Source: an uncultured Prevotella sp.
GTDB lineage: Bacteria; Bacteroidota; Bacteroidia; Bacteroidales; Bacteroidaceae
Length of the DNA stretch: 64,000 bases
Assembly (NCBI GenBank): GCA_964523825.1
Contig: CAZGAT010000010.1
Location: forward strand, 14,131 to 78,130
Direction: 5' to 3'
Both the position numbers and the translations under genes were made by a program. Position 1 is the stretch's first letter; each line of letters opens with the position of its first letter. This document shows positions 11,211-18,988 of the stretch, piece after piece. The notes beneath the pieces are model-generated. The model saw nothing but the letters and a program-made list of their open reading frames with translations. It was not told the origin of the DNA and searched no databases.

Positions 11211-13532
11211 TTACTGTAGTATGCCGTCAATTAGATGGAAGCATCCGTCTGTGAAAGCGAATGGCAGATAATAGTATTCCGGATTGATATTCACGCTGTT
11301 GTTCTGGTCGGCATTGGTGAACTTTACACTCAGCTGCGAGCCGTCGTCAGAGATATTCATCTTGTAACTGCCAGTAGTGAAGAAGTCTCCCTTGCAGTCA
11401 GAGCCTATATAAGGATAGGTGGTAAATGAATTCATGTCTGACGTTATGAAGTAGTTGCGCAGATAAGCTGCGAGCTTGCCCTTGTTGGTCGAAGAGATAC
11501 TTCCGCTAAGGGTTCCGTCGCTCTTTACCGAAAGCGAAGTACAACCAGGCAGTTTCTCGATATTTGCCTTGATTGCATCATTAGTAGGTATGAAGCAGAT
11601 GAAGCGCGAGGTCTCAGATGGAATGATGCTGGTGCTGAGCGTCGTGCCGTCTATAAGTCCTGCCTTTTTCAACAATTGCGCGAAAAGATAATACTTGTAG
11701 TTGCGGTCGTTGCCTACGGCAAGCATGTGGGCGAGTCCGTCACCAGACTCTGCCTTGTACAGCTGGCGCGCGTCGTATGAGTATGCACTACCGTTGTCCC
11801 AGTCGCTGCCATTGTTCGTTATTTTATGGAAACTAACAAATGGCGAACCCGTATAACCTGAATTCAGTTGCTCGTTGAATACGGCGTTGCTCGTAATCTT
11901 GCCATCATGCACGTACCAATAATTATATGCTACGTTGGTCTGAATGACAGCCGTACCACTTTCTGGCAGAGAGCTTACGTTGGAAGCCGAATGGATATTG
12001 ACGATGTTGCGCATAGCCTCGCTTCCCATAGCCACGAAGTCGCCCGCATCTGAACTGTACTGCTGGAGTTCCTTGCCCGACGTAGTGGTATACAGACGCA
12101 TGGCAGGGTCACTGTTCTCAAACTGCGAGTTGTTAGGAATGAGAGTGACAAACTGAGACTTCTGCGAAGCCAACGACATCATGAGTCCGGAACCGTCGAG
12201 GGTATAGAGATAATCAACATAGTCCTTTGCCTTGAAAGCAGGACCTACTACCGACGAGAATATTGCCGGAGCATCCATACGGTCCATACCGTACAGTGTT
12301 CCGTTCTCACACATCACACGGTCGGTGACCTGATCCGGGTCTACGTTGATAGGAGTGCCATACTGTGTAAGCACCGTACCATTCTTTATCTCCTCTGGGA
12401 ATACAAGGTCTGATGTAGCGGAGAAGCTCTGCATGATGAAGTAGCGGAGAATGGTCGGGTCGAGGTCGCTAAGCGACGTATATCCTCCATCGGCAGTCCA
12501 GAACGACTGGAAGAAATTATCCATTGCCGTATTGGACGGAACGAAGAGATTGTAGCCATTGCGCTCAAGTATGTCAGACTGCTGCCAGTTGGTAACAGAC
12601 CACTCGCAGGCAATGTCTGGCAGTGAACCGTGAGTATGAATGTAAGCCTGATAGCCCAGCGACGTATTGGTCTCGTTGTCGGCAAGGGTGTACTCCGAAT
12701 ACTGGTCATAGAGATTCAGGAAGTCGGAATACTTGTCGCGGCTCTTAAGTTCGTCGTATATGGTATTAAGCGGTTCGACAACCTGGCTTATATGATAGAG
12801 GTAACCATTCTGAGTTATCTCATAGCCACCGTCGGCAACCTGTGCGTTGGCAACATTGACAGTTCCCTCATTACCTTCCGGCTGGTATCCGCCCCATACG
12901 CTTCCAGGATAGAAGTAAGTATAGTTGTACGACGCGTCGATACCCTTTGTCTGGAACAACATGCTTGAGAACACAGGCATGTAGCGCTCATAGTGGTATA
13001 TATTAATTAATGTGTCGGTCGTGGCATTCGGCGTCAGCTTGACACGTTCCTGCTCTATCGGATCGGAACTGTATGTGCGATGCTTGTAATAGTAGCCCGC
13101 ATTCTTCAAACGGTCTTCCTCGGTCGATGCGTCACCCTCGTTTGGACGGAAGTTCACGAGCTTCTGCCAATCGTAGGCGTAATACATCAAGTGGTATGTA
13201 ATAAGGTTCTTCAGATACTGCGGGTCTTTCTCATTGAGTTCGTCAATAGAAGAAACGCCCTTCTTCTGAAGGAACGCAGAAAAGGCATCGTCGTCGGGAG
13301 CCATTACCGTAACGATGCTCTTTCCGTCAACGATGGGTTTATAACCAGAGAGGTCGATGCCACGCAGGAAGATGCTGTAGTTTCCTTCTGCCTGCATCAT
13401 CTCGTAAGCGTTTCCGCTACTCTTGTTGGGTTTGTAATGGGAGTCTTCGCTAATATCGTCTGTACACGATACAAGTACCCCCCCCCACAGCAAAGTCAAA
13501 CCCACCAAGCAAGCATACTTGATTTTGTTCAT
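11211..13532 (-). CDS. Large fasciclin (FAS1) repeat lipoprotein, first gene of the PUL operon
   Basis: 773 aa. Lipobox VLVSCTDD. FAS1 motifs IVTVMAPDDDAFSAFL and FICFIPTNDAIKANI. Confidence 0.8.
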   Translation of the reverse strand: MNKIKYACLVGLTLLWGGVLVSCTDDISEDSHYKPNKSSGNAYEMMQAEGNYSIFLRGIDLSGYKPIVDGKSIVTVMAPDDDAFSAFLQKKGVSSIDELNEKDPQYLKNLITYHLMYYAYDWQKLVNFRPNEGDASTEEDRLKNAGYYYKHRTYSSDPIEQERVKLTPNATTDTLINIYHYERYMPVFSSMLFQTKGIDASYNYTYFYPGSVWGGYQPEGNEGTVNVANAQVADGGYEITQNGYLYHISQVVEPLNTIYDELKSRDKYSDFLNLYDQYSEYTLADNETNTSLGYQAYIHTHGSLPDIACEWSVTNWQQSDILERNGYNLFVPSNTAMDNFFQSFWTADGGYTSLSDLDPTILRYFIMQSFSATSDLVFPEEIKNGTVLTQYGTPINVDPDQVTDRVMCENGTLYGMDRMDAPAIFSSVVGPAFKAKDYVDYLYTLDGSGLMMSLASQKSQFVTLIPNNSQFENSDPAMRLYTTTSGKELQQYSSDAGDFVAMGSEAMRNIVNIHSASNVSSLPESGTAVIQTNVAYNYWYVHDGKITSNAVFNEQLNSGYTGSPFVSFHKITNNGSDWDNGSAYSYDARQLYKAESGDGLAHMLAVGNDRNYKYYLFAQLLKKAGLIDGTTLSTSIIPSETSRFICFIPTNDAIKANIEKLPGCTSLSVKSDGTLSGSISSTNKGKLAAYLRNYFITSDMNSFTTYPYIGSDCKGDFFTTGSYKMNISDDGSQLSVKFTNADQNNSVNINPEYYYLPFAFTDGCFHLIDGILQ
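13478..13486 (-). repeat. Homopolymer: C9 on the plus strand, which is G9 in the coding strand, inside the signal-peptide codons (..LLWGGVLVSC..) of the FAS1 gene
   Basis: Counted directly: positions 13478-13486 are all C. Confidence 0.9.
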
Positions 13533-13761
13533 ACTTTAAGGTTGTTTTCTATCAGTATTTTATATATTTATTTTTTTGGTTTATGGTTTTATCTCTCCGT
13601 TAAGGATTGATTGATGTTTCTTTGATTTGTTCCCTGGCAAAAGCCAGATCCCGTTCGCTTTGTGTATGTGTTGTTAGTTTTGGGTTTTTAATCCTACATC
13701 ATGCATATCACATGCAAGAAGTGGCTTTAGTATTTTTGATTTGTTTGCATTTAAACGCTTG

Positions 13762-13769
13762 CAAAATTA
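13762..13769 (-). promoter_or_regulatory. Candidate Bacteroidetes -7 box (TAATTTTG on the minus strand) for the FAS1/SusC operon
   Basis: Plus strand CAAAATTA is the reverse complement of TAnnTTTG. Lies about 230 nt upstream of the start at 13532. AT-rich context, so weak. Confidence 0.3.
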
Positions 13770-14000
13770 AATACTTTTTTCTTTCCTCCAAAATTATTTG
13801 CACTTATTTTCAAGAAAATCGCCGTTTTTTTTATTTTACAGAATAACACACATTAATATAATATATTAGGGACGGAGTTTTCAGTAGGTAAAGAGCTATA
13901 TCACCAAAACGCATACGGCAAACATTCAGAGATGATTAATACCGTCGGGTTATGCCAGGACAGAGTGTCACAAGGTATGCTTTCAATATTGCCAAATCCT

Positions 14001-14058
14001 ATTCAGTTACGTTCAGAACCGTTCATATACCGTTCAATTTCATTCACTTCCCGTTCAG
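14001..14058. repeat. Six helically phased (C)GTTCA boxes in the divergent control region
   Basis: TTCA cores at 14002, 14012, 14022, 14033, 14043 and 14054, i.e. steps of 10,10,11,10,11 bp. Confidence 0.6.
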
Positions 14059-14341
14059 TTTTGAGATGTTATTTACACTGTTTTAAACGAAATATTTTTT
14101 ATGGGCAAAGGGAATATTCCGACTCGCTCAAAGGAAATATTTTCTTTCACCCACTGATCATATGCTCACTCACCAAAAGAGAATATTTCAGTTCTCCATA
14201 AGGATATATATAATCTCCACCACAAGCATATATTCTTACAAATAATACTCATATATATAGCCTTGTAGTTTTTTATTATTTAAATAATAAAAATCAAAGT
14301 CGATAAAACAAAAATTAAAGTATGTTGGAATAATAAACGAC

Positions 14342-14349
14342 TAATTTTG
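14342..14349 (+). promoter_or_regulatory. Candidate -7 box TAATTTTG for the GH105-GH106-rhaD operon
   Basis: Exact TAnnTTTG match, 19 nt upstream of the ATG at 14368. It overlaps the ORF-track start at 14347, which argues for the 14368 start. Confidence 0.5.
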
Positions 14350-14367
14350 CGCTCAAAACTAAAATCA

Positions 14368-15459
14368 ATGCGTAAAACATTCCTTCTACTGTTGCTTGCC
14401 ATGTGCATGGTGGCGCAGGCTCAAACCAAGAAAGACGTGCTGAAACTGGCACGCAAGGTCAACAACTACTTCATGAAGCAGAACCCTGAACCGGAAAAGC
14501 CAACGTTCGTGAAACGCGAACGTTCGAGCAACCTCTGGACGCGTGCCGTCTACTACGAGGGACTCATGGCACTATACTCTGCAGACAACAACAAGAAGTA
14601 TCTCGACTACACCGACCGCTGGGCATCGTTCCACAAATGGACGGCACGCACCTCGGTAAACAATACCAATGCCGACAACCAGTGTTGCGAGCAGACATAC
14701 ATCGACCGCTACAACATGACACACGACGAGGCTATGGTTGCCCCTACAAAAATCAACCTCGACTTCCAAATCTCTACCGGACGCAAGGACTACTGGTGGT
14801 GGATTGACGCCATACAGATGGCTATGCCTATTTACGCCAAATATGCCAAACTGACTGGCGAACGCAAATATCTCGACTACGCCATGGACTGCTATCGTGA
14901 CACACGCGACCGTCGCGGACTGTTCAACATAAGCGAGGGATTGTGGTGGCGTGACAGCATTTTCAAGGCTCCGCACAAAGAACCCGACGGCAAGAACTGC
15001 TATTGGAGCCGTGGCAACGGCTGGGTATATGCGGCACTCGTGCGTGTAATGGAGACGCTTCCAGCGAACGATCCATACTATCTTGAGCTGGAAAAGGACT
15101 TCATGCTCATGACACACGCCATCATCAAGTGCCAGCGGACAGACGGATTCTGGAACGCAAGCCTCGTATCTACAAACTACGAGGGACCGGAAATGACTGG
15201 TACGGCACTATTCCTCTACGGACTGTCGTGGGGCATCAGCAACGGCATACTCGATGCCGACGAGTACCGCCCCATATGCGACAAGGCATGGAAGGCGATA
15301 GCATCGTGCGTACACGACAACGGATTCCTCGGCTACAACCAGGGCACGGGTTCCGGACCACAGGCAGGACAACCGGTGACATTTACTAGCATACCCGATT
15401 TCGAGGACTACGGTACAGGCTGCTGGTTGCTCGGAGCAATGGCCTACATGAACATCTAA
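14368..15459 (+). CDS. GH88/GH105-family unsaturated glucuronyl / rhamnogalacturonyl hydrolase (GH105-like by context)
   Basis: ORF track 14347..15459. I prefer the start MRKTFLLLLLAMCMVAQAQ (signal peptide). Motifs parallel YteR-type enzymes: WWWIDAIQMAMPIY, YWSRGNGWVYAAL, GFWNASLV, GTALFLYGLSWGI, DYGTGCWLLGA. Confidence 0.85.
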   Translation: MRKTFLLLLLAMCMVAQAQTKKDVLKLARKVNNYFMKQNPEPEKPTFVKRERSSNLWTRAVYYEGLMALYSADNNKKYLDYTDRWASFHKWTARTSVNNTNADNQCCEQTYIDRYNMTHDEAMVAPTKINLDFQISTGRKDYWWWIDAIQMAMPIYAKYAKLTGERKYLDYAMDCYRDTRDRRGLFNISEGLWWRDSIFKAPHKEPDGKNCYWSRGNGWVYAALVRVMETLPANDPYYLELEKDFMLMTHAIIKCQRTDGFWNASLVSTNYEGPEMTGTALFLYGLSWGISNGILDADEYRPICDKAWKAIASCVHDNGFLGYNQGTGSGPQAGQPVTFTSIPDFEDYGTGCWLLGAMAYMNI

Positions 15460-15463
15460 CGAC

Positions 15464-18019
15464 ATGGATAACCGCACATTCGACAAAATGAGGACATTCA
15501 TTCCATGCGTCCTTTTAGCCGCAATGACGGCAGGGACGACTGAAGCAAGCGCACAAAGCACGCTGCTTCCGCAAGACAACATAACCTGCAAGGCCGGCAC
15601 ACGCTGGTGGTGGCTCGGCTCTGCCGTTGACTCGACGAACCTGCAATGGAACCTCGACCAACTGCACAGCCACGGCATCGGCACCGTGGAGATTACTCCC
15701 ATCTACGGAGTACAGGGCAACGAGAGCCACGAACTTAGCTTCCTTTCTCCAGAATGGATGCACGCGCTGAGAATGACCGAGGACATAGCCCGCAAGGACT
15801 CTATGCAGGTTGATATGAACAACGGCACCGGCTGGCCTTTCGGAGGTCCTTGGATAACGCTCGACGATGCAGCTTGCAAGGCTGTGTTCGTAGATACTCT
15901 TGTAAGCAAGCGCACCGATATAAACAAGATTGCGTTCAACGTTCCGCAAAAGGAGCAGGCTACAAGCCGCTTCTATGCGGCACACGAGTTCCCCTCAACC
16001 GAAAAAGGCAAGAAGAGGGTCATAGCATTGTTCGTCGGACGTACGCGCCAAAAGGTCAAGCGTGCCGCTCCGGGTGGAGAAGGTTGGGTAATAGACCATT
16101 TCGACGCACGTGCCGTAGAGCACTACCTGTCACACATTGATTCGGCATTTGCGGCAAGCAACACTCCCTACCCTACTACGTTCTTCAACGACAGCTACGA
16201 GGTATACAAGGCCGACTGGACTCCACAACTGCCGGTAGAATTTGAGAAGCGTCGTGGATACAGCCTGATAGACAATCTCGACAAGCTTGTAGACCGCGAT
16301 CCGCAAGTAGTCAGCGACTACCGTGAGACTCTCTCGGACATGCTGTATGAGAACTTCACGCTGCAATGGGTAAAGTGGGCACACTCGCACGGAGTGCTCG
16401 TGCGCAACCAGGCACACGGATCACCTGCCAACCTGCTCGACCTTTATGCCGCAGTAGACATACCAGAGATAGAGGGATTCGGACTTACAGACTTCGGCAT
16501 ACGCGGACTACGCCGTGATCCTGGATTCATAAGGCGGAACTTCTCCGACGTTAGTATGCTGAAGTATGCTCCGTCGGCTGCACACGTGACGGGCAAGAAG
16601 CTTGTCAGCAGCGAGACATTCACATGGTTGACGGAACACTTCCGCACTTCGTTGAGCCAGATGAAGCCAGATTTGGACTTGATGTACAGCTGTGGCGTAA
16701 ACCGTATATTCTTCCACGGAACGGCATACAGTCCAAAGGACGACACATGGCCGGGATGGAAGTTCTATGCCGCGATAGACATGAGCCCGACAAACTCCAT
16801 TTGGCGCGACGCTCCGTATCTGATGAAATATATCGAACGGTGCCAGAAGTTCCTGCAATGGGGCGAACCAGACAATGACTTCCTCGTATACCTGCCTGTA
16901 CGCGACATGTGGAAGAACAACACCAAGTCGCTTCTGATGATGTTCGACATCAACAGTATGGCACGCAAGTCGCCGGAGTTCATACGCGCCGTCATGGAGA
17001 TAGACTCCCTCGGCTATGGCACCGACTACATAAGCGACCGCCAGATAGCCAACATAAAGAAAGAGGAGGCGGAAGTGACGCAGAACGGTTCCAACACCGT
17101 GTCAACACGTTACATAACCGAAGGTGGAGCGTCGTATAAGGGGATCATTGATCCACGGAAGCCAATAGACGTGGCCGGACTGTCGCGACTGGCAGTGCCG
17201 GAGGAGCTGAAGACGAAACTTCGCCTCCACTATCTGCGCCGCCGCAATCCTTCAGGGTGGCACTACTTCATAGCCAACCTCACACCCGACGATGCAGACT
17301 CGGCAGTATCGCTGGCAATACCATTCGACGAGGCTGTGTGGTACAACCCAATGACCGACAAGTACGAGCGTGCCGAAATCATAAATGGCAAGGTGCGTGT
17401 CTGCCTGCTTAGCGGAGAAAGCCGAATACTGCTCACCGGCAGCAACGGCTCACTGGAAAAGGCAGGATTCCCCATAAACAAGGAAACGGCACAAGCCACC
17501 GTGATAAGGCGCGACGCTCCGGCGAAGGAGATAGACACTCCATGGACGTTGAGCTTCATAGAGGAGGCTCCACGGGTACAACGCACATGGACTCTCGACC
17601 ACCCACAGACATGGGAATCGCTTGGCGACGACAGCGCGAGCGTCACCATGGGCACGGGAGTATACACCACTACGCTTAAACTCGGCAAGGCTGACGCAAA
17701 GAAGCGTTGGGCGATAGACTTGGGCGACGTACGCGAGTCGGCACGTGTCTACATAAACGGCACGTTCATAGGCTGTGCGTGGGCGGCTCCGTTCATACTC
17801 GACACGCAGAACACACTGCGCAAAGGCAATAACGAGATACGCATCGAAGTCACAAACCTGCCCGCAAACCGAATAGCCGACATGGACAGGCGCGGAGTGA
17901 AATGGCGCAAGATGAAGGAGATAAACGTCGTGGACGTAAACTACAAGAAGACGACCTACGACAAGTGGGCTCCGGTAAAGAGCGGACTTAACGGCAGCGT
18001 GAGACTGCTCGAACTTTAA
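15464..18019 (+). CDS. Secreted glycoside hydrolase, GH106-like alpha-L-rhamnosidase candidate with a C-terminal galactose-binding-like (GH2 sugar-binding type) domain
   Basis: 851 aa with a signal peptide (alternative start M9 at 15488). C-terminal jelly-roll-like VYINGTFIGCAWAAPF...NNEIRIEVTNLPANR. Sits between GH105 and rhaD. The family assignment comes from memory of similar Bacteroides proteins and is not verified. Confidence 0.6.
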   Translation: MDNRTFDKMRTFIPCVLLAAMTAGTTEASAQSTLLPQDNITCKAGTRWWWLGSAVDSTNLQWNLDQLHSHGIGTVEITPIYGVQGNESHELSFLSPEWMHALRMTEDIARKDSMQVDMNNGTGWPFGGPWITLDDAACKAVFVDTLVSKRTDINKIAFNVPQKEQATSRFYAAHEFPSTEKGKKRVIALFVGRTRQKVKRAAPGGEGWVIDHFDARAVEHYLSHIDSAFAASNTPYPTTFFNDSYEVYKADWTPQLPVEFEKRRGYSLIDNLDKLVDRDPQVVSDYRETLSDMLYENFTLQWVKWAHSHGVLVRNQAHGSPANLLDLYAAVDIPEIEGFGLTDFGIRGLRRDPGFIRRNFSDVSMLKYAPSAAHVTGKKLVSSETFTWLTEHFRTSLSQMKPDLDLMYSCGVNRIFFHGTAYSPKDDTWPGWKFYAAIDMSPTNSIWRDAPYLMKYIERCQKFLQWGEPDNDFLVYLPVRDMWKNNTKSLLMMFDINSMARKSPEFIRAVMEIDSLGYGTDYISDRQIANIKKEEAEVTQNGSNTVSTRYITEGGASYKGIIDPRKPIDVAGLSRLAVPEELKTKLRLHYLRRRNPSGWHYFIANLTPDDADSAVSLAIPFDEAVWYNPMTDKYERAEIINGKVRVCLLSGESRILLTGSNGSLEKAGFPINKETAQATVIRRDAPAKEIDTPWTLSFIEEAPRVQRTWTLDHPQTWESLGDDSASVTMGTGVYTTTLKLGKADAKKRWAIDLGDVRESARVYINGTFIGCAWAAPFILDTQNTLRKGNNEIRIEVTNLPANRIADMDRRGVKWRKMKEINVVDVNYKKTTYDKWAPVKSGLNGSVRLLEL

Positions 18020-18046
18020 GAAGACAGTTATATTAATAATAGGTAT

Positions 18047-18856
18047 ATGCAAAGCATTTTGGAGGGTCGTCCAGCCCTTAAGAAAGAAGTGGACAAGATA
18101 GCCGAAGTAGCCGGATACTTGTGGCAGAACGGCTGGGCAGAACGTAACGGAGGTAACATCACTGTAAACATCACAGACCTCGTAGACGACGGCATACGTG
18201 CACTGAAACCAATCAGCGACGTAATCAAAATTGGCGAGACACTGCCACATCTCAAGGGCTGCTACTTCTTCTGCAAGGGCACACAGAAACGTATGCGCGA
18301 CCTTGCACGCCGCCCGATGGAGAACGGTAGCGTGATACGAATCCTCGACGACTGCGCAAGTTATGTCATCATAGCCGACAACGCCGTGATGCCTACATCG
18401 GAACTGCCAAGCCACCTGCTCGTCCACGACCACTTGGTAGAAACCGGCAGCGCATACCGTGCGACGCTGCACACTCACCCGATAGAACTCGTAGCCATGA
18501 GCCACAACCGCGAGTTCCTCGGCAAGGACGTACTGACGAACATACTCTGGAGCATGATTCCGGAGACAAAGGCCTTCTGCCCGCTCGGGCTCGGAGTGGT
18601 GCCATACGAGGTGCCGGGAAGCAACGAACTTGCACAGGGAACGCTCAAGGAGCTCGAGGACTACGACGTGGTACTGTGGGAGAAGCACGGAGTATTCGCC
18701 AAGGGACTCGACATCATGGACGCGTTCGACCAGATAGACGTGCTGTCGAAGAGCGCGAAGATATATGTAAACGCCCGCGCGATGGGATTCACGCCAGAAG
18801 GAATGAGTCAGGAACAGATGACGGAAATGTCACGCATATTCCACCTGCCGAAATAA
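18047..18856 (+). CDS. rhaD: Rhamnulose-1-phosphate aldolase (class II aldolase/adducin family)
   Basis: 269 aa. N-terminus ..VAGYLWQNGWAERNGGNITVNI.. and TLHTHP metal-binding His context typical of RhaD. Confidence 0.9.
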   Translation: MQSILEGRPALKKEVDKIAEVAGYLWQNGWAERNGGNITVNITDLVDDGIRALKPISDVIKIGETLPHLKGCYFFCKGTQKRMRDLARRPMENGSVIRILDDCASYVIIADNAVMPTSELPSHLLVHDHLVETGSAYRATLHTHPIELVAMSHNREFLGKDVLTNILWSMIPETKAFCPLGLGVVPYEVPGSNELAQGTLKELEDYDVVLWEKHGVFAKGLDIMDAFDQIDVLSKSAKIYVNARAMGFTPEGMSQEQMTEMSRIFHLPK

Positions 18857-18891
18857 TTAGTTAATTAGATATAGATTAGAGTTTGTGGATC

Positions 18892-18936
18892 GGCTCCGCA
18901 CATTGTCATACAGGCAAGTGCGGAGCCTTTTCCTTT
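18892..18936 (+). terminator. Rho-independent terminator after rhaD
   Basis: GGCTCCGCAC (18892-18901) pairs with GTGCGGAGCC (18918-18927), followed by TTTTCCTTT. Confidence 0.8.
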
Positions 18937-18988
18937 ATATAATTATAAAGAGAGAACGCCGTCACCACTATCCGGGCTATCAGCCCTA

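Noticed and set aside
13607-14201. ORFs 13607..13846 (79 aa) and 13932..14201 (89 aa)
   Set aside because: They lie in the AT-rich divergent promoter region, have low-complexity translations, overlap the phased repeat boxes, and have no start context or motif.
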